From IMG/VR virus record IMGVR_UViG_3300023240_000010: a stretch of DNA of 64,000 nucleotides; one strand, 5' to 3'. Both the position numbers and the translations under genes were made by a program. This document shows positions 1 through 9,630 of this stretch, piece by piece. Origin of the DNA: a virus. The notes beneath the pieces are model-generated. The model was not told the DNA's origin. It made no database searches and saw only the letters and a program-made list of their open reading frames with translations. Each line of letters begins with the position of its first letter. The stretch's first letter is position 1.

Positions 1-727
1 AGAGTCCATCAGAAGCACCACCATGTGCGACATACACTTTATATGTTCCTGGAACAGATGCATCAATGTTAGCAATCTCTCCTTTCATAGTGAAAGTTGC
101 ATTGACCTGTGATATCTCTTCGCCAATTTCAAACTTAGTGCCTATTGTAGTAAATGTAGTCTCGTCAAATATCAGAGTTGACGTATAAGCATGTACAGTT
201 TCAATAGCATCGATCTCTTCAACGCCGGTATCAAAGTCTTCATCATTGTATTCAAACAATTCACATCGCATACGGAACACAGGAAGATTCTTTAACTGGT
301 AGAATGGTGTCTCATCTTCTACTTTCTGAATCTCAAATATTGAGTTAGACAATGTTAAAACAATTAGATCGCCTTCTCTTGGGCGATAGAAAGGTTCTTC
401 TAATGTATTCTCGATAGAAGCAACAGTATTCAACCATCGACGCCTTGCCATAATGAATGTGGCAGCATCTCGAATCTCTACACCAAACTTAGCGAACAAG
501 TCACCTTCGCCATCAAATCCTTCAACGCCTTCGATGTACATTTCTATACGATAAGCATTGTCAAATCGTGAGGTGCTATCGTCACCAAAGATAGTATCTC
601 TGTTGACTAGTTCACGCGGGACATAGTAAACGTCCTGACCATACATCTTCAAAGACTCAATAATGATATCTTCATAGAGAGTCTGTTCAGACTTTCTGCC
701 TTGTGAGAAGTAAAGATTAGTTGCCAT
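1..727 (-). CDS. gp14: Neck protein gp14 (truncated by the window edge; missing from the ORF track)
   Basis: Hand translation from the ATG at 727 gives MATNLYFSQGRKSEQTLYEDIIIESLKMYGQDVYYVPRE...GDLFAKFGVEIRD...RPREGDLI...PFYQL. These are T4-like gp14 motifs, and the gene directly follows gp13. Confidence 0.92.
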   Translation of the reverse strand, partial: MATNLYFSQGRKSEQTLYEDIIIESLKMYGQDVYYVPRELVNRDTIFGDDSTSRFDNAYRIEMYIEGVEGFDGEGDLFAKFGVEIRDAATFIMARRRWLNTVASIENTLEEPFYRPREGDLIVLTLSNSIFEIQKVEDETPFYQLKNLPVFRMRCELFEYNDEDFDTGVEEIDAIETVHAYTSTLIFDETTFTTIGTKFEIGEEISQVNATFTMKGEIANIDASVPGTYKVYVAHGGASDGL

Positions 728-728
728 G

Positions 729-1484
729 TTATCCTATCAGAAAGTCAACTGGGAGTTCTTGTTCGAGACGTAGTTTCTCTTCAAGTTTCTCGATTTCAGC
801 AGTCGCGTCTTCGTACAATTGACGACCACTAATAGTAACACCACCCGGCAATTGCATTCCTTCAAACTTGGACATGTTCACGCCCCATTGCTGTTTGATT
901 AACTGCGTGGTATAATCTTTCATGAACATATCATTCCATATGCTCAAGTGTACTTCTGGATCAATAATCTGATATACTTCAGCAATAACAAAATCACCTG
1001 CTTTAATATCACCGTCAGCAAGATCACCATCGATGTATAGACGTTGCTGTCTACGCGAGTGGCGCACTTGTGGCATGCCGTTCAGTTGTTGATCGATCAT
1101 ACTCAGATATTGTTCCATCTGATATATGTATGATAGATCGCCCGCAAAACTATAGAAGTCTGCCATGTTATTTAAAAACATCTGATACTTTAGATCAAAC
1201 ATATTGCTGCCTGAACCAAACGACGAGTTCAGAGGAAACAATCTCTTCACCCACTGTACACTTGCGCTTAAAGGAATGTATCCATTAGTTACGTCTGTCG
1301 CAGTTATTTCATGCTTGATATAAGTTCTGAGAGTAGCATCGCTATGAAACTCTTGGTATTTCTGAAGAGCGTCATCGACCTTATCTTCAACTTGATCTAT
1401 ATCAACATTGATTTCTATTACAGGTTCACCCAATCTACGTAGGGCGAAGTCGATTAAATCTTGTCTTGAATCTGGCGATGCCAT
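729..1484 (-). CDS. gp13: Neck protein gp13
   Basis: SRQDLIDFALRRLGEPVIEINVD at the N-terminus and KQQWGVNMSKFEGMQLPGGVTISG at the C-terminus are gp13 signatures. Confidence 0.95.
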   Translation of the reverse strand: MASPDSRQDLIDFALRRLGEPVIEINVDIDQVEDKVDDALQKYQEFHSDATLRTYIKHEITATDVTNGYIPLSASVQWVKRLFPLNSSFGSGSNMFDLKYQMFLNNMADFYSFAGDLSYIYQMEQYLSMIDQQLNGMPQVRHSRRQQRLYIDGDLADGDIKAGDFVIAEVYQIIDPEVHLSIWNDMFMKDYTTQLIKQQWGVNMSKFEGMQLPGGVTISGRQLYEDATAEIEKLEEKLRLEQELPVDFLIG

Positions 1485-1511
1485 TTGTTACTCCAAAGTT
1501 TATCTGTTTAT

Positions 1512-2756
1512 TTATGCGCCCCAGATGGTAGCACCTGCAGAGTCATAAATTACTAACTGTCTTGCTGATCCATCAAAATAACGACTCGCTTCGAGATCAC
1601 CCTCTACCGTTACGCCTGCGAATGTGACACTATCTGTACTAGTAGAACCTCGACTGGTCACAGACTGTAGTGTGTCTTGCTCTGAATCAAGATATGCAAG
1701 ATCGCCTAATACACGGTATGATATAGAATCTTGAGAAGATAATACAAGTACATTATCAGTCTCTTGATCCAGATCGATTTGTGTTAAAGATAGATTGCCT
1801 AGAGTAAGTCTATTACTAGAGGCGTTATATGATAATGCACTATCAACCTTTGCACTATCTCCGCCATTTAGTACACTAACAAATGTTGGATAGAATGTTC
1901 TGTCTTCGTCTGTTGATGTAACTTGTGTTAAGTTGACAGTACCGTCAAGAATATCAGTTGATATAGTTCGTCTAACAATTCTATTTGTTGTTGGTTCTAA
2001 GAATAGACCGAATGTAGCGGTAACGGATGCATCTGTGTTGTTAATTACAACATCATTGTCGAAGGTTGCTGAATCAAATAGTGATGGTCCAACTACTGCA
2101 ATGCCCGCTTCAAATTTAGTTAGTCTGTTAAAGTTCCAGGAGTTATCTGTCGATGCGTATGTGATACCAGCATTTGATCCAGCAACAGTGATACCCGCGC
2201 CTTCTGCTTCGGCATTGTTTGTTGCGCCTCGAGCAATGACAATATTCTTATCATCGATTTCTAATGTTGCGGTGTTCAGAATTGTTTGTGTACCATTAAC
2301 AGTAAGATTACCATTAATTACTACACTGTCAGCATATAGTCCACCGTAGAAGTACGAGTAGACTTGTGTGCTGTCGCCTCGTGCGGTTACAGTTGCTAGG
2401 GTCTCGTTTGCTGTGTCAGCAAATGCACCTGCACCAATCTTACGAACAACAACACTATCAGTCTGACCATCAAAAGGATTATTCTTTACGAATAGAGCGT
2501 AGAAATCACTTGTATCACCCGAATCTAATGATGTGAAGTTAAGTGCATTTAGTGTAAGTGAAGATATATCACCCCAAGAACGAATACCACTAGCGGTAGA
2601 CGTAAGTACTTGACCGTCAGTTGTCGGATTACCAGGACTAGGTTCTACCTGATCAAGAGTAATATACTCATATCTGCCTGAATCAAGATCTCCTACTGGT
2701 CTGGTTGATACACCACCAGAAAGCGAAGTACTCGAAACGCTTATTGTACTAACCAT
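1512..2756 (-). CDS. Virion structural / fibre-like protein
   Basis: GNLTVNGTQTILNTATLEIDDKNIVI..GAGITV motif and two (E/D)TLxxVTxRG motifs typical of marine T4-like fibre proteins; S/T/G/D-rich; lies in the late cluster. Confidence 0.7.
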   Translation of the reverse strand: MVSTISVSSTSLSGGVSTRPVGDLDSGRYEYITLDQVEPSPGNPTTDGQVLTSTASGIRSWGDISSLTLNALNFTSLDSGDTSDFYALFVKNNPFDGQTDSVVVRKIGAGAFADTANETLATVTARGDSTQVYSYFYGGLYADSVVINGNLTVNGTQTILNTATLEIDDKNIVIARGATNNAEAEGAGITVAGSNAGITYASTDNSWNFNRLTKFEAGIAVVGPSLFDSATFDNDVVINNTDASVTATFGLFLEPTTNRIVRRTISTDILDGTVNLTQVTSTDEDRTFYPTFVSVLNGGDSAKVDSALSYNASSNRLTLGNLSLTQIDLDQETDNVLVLSSQDSISYRVLGDLAYLDSEQDTLQSVTSRGSTSTDSVTFAGVTVEGDLEASRYFDGSARQLVIYDSAGATIWGA

Positions 2757-3120
2757 TTAATGATTCCAGATAACTTAGAGTTAATTGCAATTTGCCAGCA
2801 CCCGTTGCATTAGTTGAACATCGGATAACACCGTTTTCTTCAATAATCAATTTGCCTGTGATAAGACTTACCGCATCACGCGCCTGCACTCGATAACCTT
2901 TAATCAAGTGAACTGCTGGTGCTGCCAAAGACAGCGCGGATCTCATAGAAATCTCATAGACACCAGTACCAGCGGAGTCGATATTCGCTACCTGCGCCAT
3001 CAACACAATCGCAGTGATTCCGTTGGGCGAAGTATAGACTACATCGCTATCGCCAGTAAACGTATCCTTACCTGCAACAGTAATAGAGGTTGACTTAAAC
3101 GTATTGAGTGGAGTTGCCAT
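2749..3120 (-). CDS. Small virion structural protein
   Basis: 123 aa, beta-rich (NTFKS..VYTSP.G.TAIVLMAQVANI...LSYLE); overlaps the next gene; resembles small structural ORFs of marine T4-likes. Confidence 0.6.
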   Translation of the reverse strand: MATPLNTFKSTSITVAGKDTFTGDSDVVYTSPNGITAIVLMAQVANIDSAGTGVYEISMRSALSLAAPAVHLIKGYRVQARDAVSLITGKLIIEENGVIRCSTNATGAGKLQLTLSYLESLNG

Positions 3121-3126
3121 TTTTCT

Positions 3127-6100
3127 TTAACCTTCTAGTGCTAGAATATATGGAGTTAGAATAGCGTATAGAGATCGTTCAAACGTCTCACCTACAATTC
3201 TACCTTCCTGTCTTTTGATTGTCAATTGAGAACCAATTCTAAAGTCGCCTAACTGATCCGTCGATGTAAATACTACTAAACCTTCGTTTGTTGCTGAGTC
3301 ATATACTACTTCTCTTTCTGGTCTTGGTATACCACCATTCTGAGGAATAGCAGTAAACGTGTTAGTTCCAGATCCAACATATTCAAAGGTGTGAGAAGAT
3401 GATGTAATAACAGATCGCTGTCTGAAAGTCATCTGCTGATTCGCTTTCTTGTTACTATTCAGTCCAGGTTCGAATGCAATGTCGTACATACCGCCACCGA
3501 CTGAATCAACACCCAACACTGTGTAGAAATATTCTTCACTGTCAAACTTCATTGCATCACCGTAGTTAGGCAACTTAGTTTGTCCTACAGTTCCGAAGTA
3601 ATCAGCACTATCTCTATTTATCACTCCTGAAATACGAATGGTGTCATCATACAGAAGTTTTGCTGAATCAAGATTGCCGTCATATAGTACTTGAGAACTA
3701 CCACGAGCAATCAGTCCGTAATCACCAAACGAAGAGTTACTGTTCGTAATAGAACATTGTCCACCAGTTTCAGCAAGAATAGAAGTCTGAGTTGAGATTG
3801 TAAAGATTGATACTAACTGTGCGTAACCACGATTCAACAAGTAAGTACCAATACCAGCGGCATTGTACTGAGTGAATGCGTCTGATACCATCGACTTCAA
3901 TCCAGAACATTTAGATCCGTCAATCTTCATACCGATACCATCGTTGGTAATAGATGTACAGTTCTGAACATATGGTGATTGAACGATGAATGGTCCAGCG
4001 CCAGCACTTTCTACTTTAGGATCATATGCTACACAGGCAGCGAAGTTCTGATGATCTCGGAAAGTAATATCTTTGATGAAACAACCGTTGTCCATATAGA
4101 ACATATCAGAGTCAACACTCTTAGGTCGCACAGTTGTTGTTCTCAAGTTATCACCAACGATTGCTGTCTTAGGCGGTAACTTGATAGGATTGTTTATTGT
4201 ATAATCACCAGACTTCAAGAAGATTGTAGTGTCACCAGTATTCTTAGCAGACTTTACGGACTGAAGAACAATGAAGTCCTGATCTTTCTTGACTGCGGCA
4301 ATCGCGTTTCGTAACTCTACACTTACACCACGACTTGATAGAATAGGATCAACTTCAGTCGGCAGACTGTCAGTATTACCAGCAACTAAAGTGGCAACTA
4401 AGAGGTCGTCAATCAGCGTAGCAATAATGGTTGATTCTGTTGAAGTTGCATACTGACCGGAGTTACCAGTCTCGTTAGGACCATATGCTGAAGTAGTAGT
4501 AACATTACTTGTAAGATTATTGGTGAGAAGTTGTCCAATAATGTCTCTCATATGCTCGTATGTTGCAATTGTTGCCGCAACTTCACCAGGGTTTAATTGA
4601 CTGGCAGCACCAACAAAGTATGCACGAGAGTTTATAACCATGGCGTGTGAACCGCCATATAATATATCGAAGGTTAGACCGTCAACAATAAACCCTATGT
4701 CTCTGCGACATCTAGTTCTATCGTAAGATGAAGGACCGTACAGATTAGCATACTGTATTGCTTGTGTTTGAATCGTGCTTTTCTGTGCTAGAATAGTAGA
4801 GTAGTTTGCCGCTGTTGTAGCATTAACACCAGTAAAGTTTGGTAGAATAGTAGCATCAAGATTGTCTAAACTTTCATCATTAATAACTTCAGTAATGATG
4901 TCCATGAGAACACCCAACTGAGTTGCTTGAGTAGATGTGGCAGTTCCTGCGCTAGTATCTTGACTTGCATAGTTTTCAATAACAACCAGACCTAATGAAG
5001 TCTTCAGATATGCATATGCACCCAGTGTTGCAACCTTCTCACTGGCGCCTAATTGACTTGCAGCACCAACAAAGTATGCTCTTGCACAAGTAACAGCACC
5101 AACATTTCCTTCGTAGACTATATCGTGAGTAAGACCGTCAAGAATATAACCAATATCTCTTTTACGCTTAACTCGATCATAAGTTGTTGGACCATACGAA
5201 TCAGCATACTCTATAACATCTGCTTGCAGGGAGGTGAGCGCACCATTGATGGTGTTGTAGTCTGTAGACACTATACCAGTAAAGTCTGGCAGTACACGAG
5301 TTGCGATCGAATCAAGATTTTCTGCTACAAGAACGTCAATAATAATATCAAGTAACGTGCCCGTTGTGGTTGCTTCTGTAGCAGTTGCAGTTCCGCCTGT
5401 TGTATTCTGACCAGTATATGTTTCTTGAACTATTGATGATAGAATAGTTTTAAGATTATTAAAAGAATCCTGCCGAGCGGCGACTTCTGCGCCACTGACA
5501 ATCACTGTTACTCCATCAACAAAGTATGACCTCGCAACATTGAATGAAGCGAAGTTGCCTGCATAAAGAAGATCGTGAATTATACTTTCAAGAATATAGA
5601 GAACTTCTGTTTGATATTTGCCACGATCATATATAGCAGGACCATACAAGTCAGCAAAGGCAAGTGAGTCTGATTGAATAGTTGTCTTTGCTGCCACAAC
5701 AGTAACAAAGTCAAGAATTATCGGTTCAGCAATAGCAGTCGTATCAGGATTAACTAGTGCAGGAACACCATCAAAGTTACCAGCAGTTAATGCGTCAATA
5801 GTTATCTGAAGAAGACCCTGAAGTCTTGTAGTCTGTAGTAATTGTCCAGACTGAATTTCGCCTGTTACGTCCTGTCCAGTCAAAGTTTCACTGAGCAATG
5901 TACCAAGTTGAGTTTTAAGATTAGTGTATGCCGCAATTGAGGCAGTAACTTCTGCCGCTCCACCTAACTGAGAAACACCATCCTTGAAGTAAGAGAATGC
6001 TAAAATACGTGAAGCGAAGTTGCCATCATACAGAATATCATAAGATAGTCCGTCAAGAATGTAACCTACGTCACGTTCGCATTTTTCAACATTGTAACTT

Positions 6101-8070
6101 AATGAAGGATAGTTTGTAGTGAGATAAGCAATCGTATTGTCAATAAGTAACTGACGGTTATTTCTAATCTGCTCGTGTGCCCAATATTCATTATTCAGAC
6201 TATTAAGAGGAGTAGGATATACAATCACCGGTGCTGGAATCTTTCCTTCAAGAATGTCAAGAATAATTTCAAGATTCTTTAACAATGAAATTTTAGACGA
6301 TTCGTTGATATCCAATGCACTAAGAAGAACACCGATGTTTCTGATAGTCAGTACAGTGCCTTCGACTTGTTCCTCAGGAATAGCACCTGCGCGAGTATAT
6401 GCAAGACCCGCTGTCACTGTATTATAGTTAGTACCAAACAACAAATCGTTGGTCAGTGCTTCGATAATGTAACCCACATCTCGCGAACATTTAGTTCTAG
6501 GATATGTTAATGAGACATGATTCACTGAAACATATGTGGTGCTGGCATCGATGATTAATTGTAAATTATTTAAAATCTGATCTGCGGCATTACGTCTGTT
6601 AGCAGTAGTATTAACAGAGTCTGGATACGCAATAGGAATCGGTTGAAAAGGAGGCACACCCGACATGATAGCGGTCAACTGAACAAACGATGCGTTAATG
6701 TGGGACTTACTTGCCGCACTAATACTTAGAGCATTTATTCCAACTCTTAATACTTCCCAGGCAGCAATTGTAAATGCTAACTGATTTCCTGGCAATGCAT
6801 TGGCACGTCGATACGCAAGACCTGCTGTAATAACATTATAGTCTGTTCCTAACATTAAATCAATAGTTAATGCATCGACAATGTGACCAACGTCTCGTTC
6901 ACACTTAGTTTGGTCGTAATCCTGAACGTCATAGTTGTCCGAGATATACTGAATAGTGTTGTTGATTAATAGGGTTTTGTTATTCTGTATCTGATTGCCA
7001 GCATCTGCCTCTGCTGTTATGGTAGCAGGTGCGGCAGGGAATATAATCGTTGCGGCAGCAGATTCGCCATTGACGATTATGTCAGTGATTTCTTTAACGC
7101 ATGAGGTGATTAAAACTTTCGAAGCGTCAGCAATACTTAGCGATAACATTTGATCACGAACAAAGACAATCACCGCAATTGTGGACGCTACTTGTGCTGT
7201 AGGCAATGCATTTGCTCGTTGATAAGCAATACCTGCGGTCACACAATTATAGTTCGAACCAGTCATTAAGTCTGTGATAACAGCATCAATGATGAAACCC
7301 GTATCACGTAGACATTTAGTTTCGTCGTATGTTAATGTAGGATAGTTTTTAGCAATGAATGTTATAAGTTCATCTTTCAACCATTCACGGTTGTTCTGAA
7401 GAATAATGGCAGCATCATCAGCATCAGCAGTAGGTAATACAGCAGGAGCAGGAAAGACTAGATCGTCGTGTGCTTGTTCTGTGCTTTGCTTACCATTTGT
7501 AAGAATATCTATCACTTCTGACCAGTGAGCATTGTTTCTATATAACGCTCCTGTTACACCAGTGCTTGCCTTTACTAGAGGAATAGAACCAACAGCACCA
7601 CGTGCTTGGTTAAATGCTACAACAGTTGGTTGCAATTGTCCTGTAGTAACTTTATTTGATCCTGCTCTTTGATAAGCATGACCAGATGTTACTGCATTAT
7701 AGTTTGTTCCGAAAGCAATGTCAAGGTAAAGTCCGTCAAGAATATAATTTAAGTCACGAGTACACTTAACTTCATCGAATGCGAATGAACCTAGTGCGGT
7801 AACGGTAGAAACAGCAGAGTCGAGAGTCTTAAAAGAGTCTCCTAGAGAAGTACCAGTATTGCCAAACTTTCCAGATTTAGAAACGTAGTAAACATTCTCT
7901 ACAGCATCTTCGCCTACTTGAATTATATCGACCACACCAAATCTATCACGCTTGAGGTACATTTTACCTTCATGCGTGTTGATCGCTATCTCGCCGAGCG
8001 ATATGTCTGTGTTGCCGGGCGCTTGACCCGGGACATTACTTCGGCGACTTAGTAACTTAGTGCTTGACAT
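3127..8070 (-). CDS. Large virion structural protein: Mtd-N-like N-terminus, 8 helical repeats, C-terminal parallel beta-helix-like domain
   Basis: N-terminal RRSNVPGQAP..LGEIAINTHEGKMY; 8 copies of YDxxKCxRDxGYIxDxxxxDLxxGxN; C-terminal IFLKSGDY..NPIKLP..AIVGDNLR..QSPYVQNCTS..SMVSDAFTQYN. Confidence 0.75.
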   Translation of the reverse strand: MSSTKLLSRRSNVPGQAPGNTDISLGEIAINTHEGKMYLKRDRFGVVDIIQVGEDAVENVYYVSKSGKFGNTGTSLGDSFKTLDSAVSTVTALGSFAFDEVKCTRDLNYILDGLYLDIAFGTNYNAVTSGHAYQRAGSNKVTTGQLQPTVVAFNQARGAVGSIPLVKASTGVTGALYRNNAHWSEVIDILTNGKQSTEQAHDDLVFPAPAVLPTADADDAAIILQNNREWLKDELITFIAKNYPTLTYDETKCLRDTGFIIDAVITDLMTGSNYNCVTAGIAYQRANALPTAQVASTIAVIVFVRDQMLSLSIADASKVLITSCVKEITDIIVNGESAAATIIFPAAPATITAEADAGNQIQNNKTLLINNTIQYISDNYDVQDYDQTKCERDVGHIVDALTIDLMLGTDYNVITAGLAYRRANALPGNQLAFTIAAWEVLRVGINALSISAASKSHINASFVQLTAIMSGVPPFQPIPIAYPDSVNTTANRRNAADQILNNLQLIIDASTTYVSVNHVSLTYPRTKCSRDVGYIIEALTNDLLFGTNYNTVTAGLAYTRAGAIPEEQVEGTVLTIRNIGVLLSALDINESSKISLLKNLEIILDILEGKIPAPVIVYPTPLNSLNNEYWAHEQIRNNRQLLIDNTIAYLTTNYPSLSYNVEKCERDVGYILDGLSYDILYDGNFASRILAFSYFKDGVSQLGGAAEVTASIAAYTNLKTQLGTLLSETLTGQDVTGEIQSGQLLQTTRLQGLLQITIDALTAGNFDGVPALVNPDTTAIAEPIILDFVTVVAAKTTIQSDSLAFADLYGPAIYDRGKYQTEVLYILESIIHDLLYAGNFASFNVARSYFVDGVTVIVSGAEVAARQDSFNNLKTILSSIVQETYTGQNTTGGTATATEATTTGTLLDIIIDVLVAENLDSIATRVLPDFTGIVSTDYNTINGALTSLQADVIEYADSYGPTTYDRVKRKRDIGYILDGLTHDIVYEGNVGAVTCARAYFVGAASQLGASEKVATLGAYAYLKTSLGLVVIENYASQDTSAGTATSTQATQLGVLMDIITEVINDESLDNLDATILPNFTGVNATTAANYSTILAQKSTIQTQAIQYANLYGPSSYDRTRCRRDIGFIVDGLTFDILYGGSHAMVINSRAYFVGAASQLNPGEVAATIATYEHMRDIIGQLLTNNLTSNVTTTSAYGPNETGNSGQYATSTESTIIATLIDDLLVATLVAGNTDSLPTEVDPILSSRGVSVELRNAIAAVKKDQDFIVLQSVKSAKNTGDTTIFLKSGDYTINNPIKLPPKTAIVGDNLRTTTVRPKSVDSDMFYMDNGCFIKDITFRDHQNFAACVAYDPKVESAGAGPFIVQSPYVQNCTSITNDGIGMKIDGSKCSGLKSMVSDAFTQYNAAGIGTYLLNRGYAQLVSIFTISTQTSILAETGGQCSITNSNSSFGDYGLIARGSSQVLYDGNLDSAKLLYDDTIRISGVINRDSADYFGTVGQTKLPNYGDAMKFDSEEYFYTVLGVDSVGGGMYDIAFEPGLNSNKKANQQMTFRQRSVITSSSHTFEYVGSGTNTFTAIPQNGGIPRPEREVVYDSATNEGLVVFTSTDQLGDFRIGSQLTIKRQEGRIVGETFERSLYAILTPYILALEG

Positions 8071-8123
8071 CGATATTCATTCCTGTTATAATGCTCTTAG
8101 TGTTTCTATTTAGTGTCTTTGAA

Positions 8124-9209
8124 TTACGCTGGATATAGAGGATCAGTACTATAGTATCCTCCATCAAGTACATTCACACTGACCGCACCATTTACAACTG
8201 TAAATTGTTTAGCAGTTCGTGTTGAATCTCCTGCACCAGCATCAAACGATGCAACACCCAATACTGCCGAATCTGTTGTAATAGCACTTACTGTTAAAAT
8301 ATTTGCACTATCACTGTATAATAAAGTTATCGCATTACCTGGTGTCAGTAATCGATTAACACTACTGTCAATATATTGTTCAATTTGTACACTATCAACG
8401 TAGAACTGTCCATTAGAATTAAGAAAGGTTCTACCGTTTACTTCTAAATCACCCTGGACTACTGTTGAATCTAATGTAATATCTAGTACGAATGTGGTAT
8501 CACCCTGTACTATTAGATTACCTTTAATAATAACATCAGAATCAAAAGACGCTTGATTTCTTACACTTAATGGTCCAATCGATGCTGAATCGAGAGTTGT
8601 TATTCCTGTTGCAGTAAGATTGATTGCTGTTAATGCATCAACAAGTAAAGAATCTATTCTACCGTTCGAGTCAACAATCAAAGCACTATTAGGTACATTA
8701 ACTCCTGCTTGATGATTGAGAAGATTTGTAAAGTAAGAACCACCAATAACTTCAAGTGACTCTGCTCTTACTGTAGCATCTGGATATGTCGAGTCTGACC
8801 CAACACCGATGTATAATCTCTTTCCGCCATTACCAAATCCATCTGTAGCAGAATCAACTAACCATGAGTACGCCATCTCACCAGAGCGAAGATAAGGTGG
8901 TTCTCCACTCGTTCCGCTTCGACGAGTTAGTATGAGACCGTGTGCAGAATCAGAAGGATATAATTTACCATCTATAATCTGATTATTGTTTAGTAGTTTA
9001 CTTGCTGTCCATTTATCTGTGGCAGCATTGTAGATAAACAGATCACCGTCAATTGCTCCTGTAGTATCAACACCCGCAATGTTATCAATGACAACACCTG
9101 CGGCAGCGGCAGCAACTACACTAGTAATAGGTATGCCGACAACAACACGTTTTACTTTCGTGATATTGCCGACTACTACTTTATATGTCTGATCTATTGG
9201 TGCTGGCAT
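8124..9209 (-). CDS. Virion structural / fibre-associated protein
   Basis: Internal RRSGTSGEPPYLRSGEMAYS (Mtd-N-like) segment, GNLIVQGDTTF beta repeats and a C-terminal GVASF...FTVVNGAV; downstream of late promoters. Confidence 0.65.
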   Translation of the reverse strand: MPAPIDQTYKVVVGNITKVKRVVVGIPITSVVAAAAAGVVIDNIAGVDTTGAIDGDLFIYNAATDKWTASKLLNNNQIIDGKLYPSDSAHGLILTRRSGTSGEPPYLRSGEMAYSWLVDSATDGFGNGGKRLYIGVGSDSTYPDATVRAESLEVIGGSYFTNLLNHQAGVNVPNSALIVDSNGRIDSLLVDALTAINLTATGITTLDSASIGPLSVRNQASFDSDVIIKGNLIVQGDTTFVLDITLDSTVVQGDLEVNGRTFLNSNGQFYVDSVQIEQYIDSSVNRLLTPGNAITLLYSDSANILTVSAITTDSAVLGVASFDAGAGDSTRTAKQFTVVNGAVSVNVLDGGYYSTDPLYPA

Positions 9210-9218
9210 GATAAACCT

Positions 9219-9578
9219 TTATGTTGTTACTGAAGGGGTAATAGTGATAAGTCCTTCCATCACCCGTTCGACGATAGTGTTATTTGTGTCACTATCAATA
9301 TGGGATATCTCAACGTCATAAACGTAACGCTTTTTAGGATTAAGTGCGGCAGTGACAGCATTAGTTAAAGAAAGATTTACTATCCCCGCTGTTGCTGGAT
9401 TAGCAATCAACGAAAGAAATGTAATCTTATCTGAATCTTTGGCATCATAATGAGTGCTAAGTTTAGCAGAAACACTATGTCCTGTCATGTCTTTTATTGA
9501 GTTATCGACATTAACCAGATGCAATTCGACAGAGACATCTGTGCCTTGATTAATTTCTAATACTTCGTAGTGTGCCAT
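9219..9578 (-). CDS. Small baseplate/fibre adaptor-like protein (BppU-N-like Ig fold)
   Basis: LEINQGTD...GIVNLSLT...T..L...RYVYDVEI...VERVMEGLITITPSVT pattern. Confidence 0.65.
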   Translation of the reverse strand: MAHYEVLEINQGTDVSVELHLVNVDNSIKDMTGHSVSAKLSTHYDAKDSDKITFLSLIANPATAGIVNLSLTNAVTAALNPKKRYVYDVEISHIDSDTNNTIVERVMEGLITITPSVTT

Positions 9579-9605
9579 TCGTCTTTATCCGCTATACTAT
9601 TGAGA

Positions 9606-9625
9606 TATTTATAGGTTTATTTATA
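9606..9625 (-). promoter_or_regulatory. Tandem T4-type late promoters (2 x TATAAATA)
   Basis: tatttata at 9606-9613 and 9618-9625 on the + strand, intergenic, upstream of 9219..9578. Confidence 0.85.
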
Positions 9626-9630
9626 AGAAT

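Noticed and set aside
3127-9209. Diversity-generating retroelement suggested by Mtd-N-like segments
   Set aside because: No reverse transcriptase and no template/variable repeat pair differing at adenines is visible in the window.
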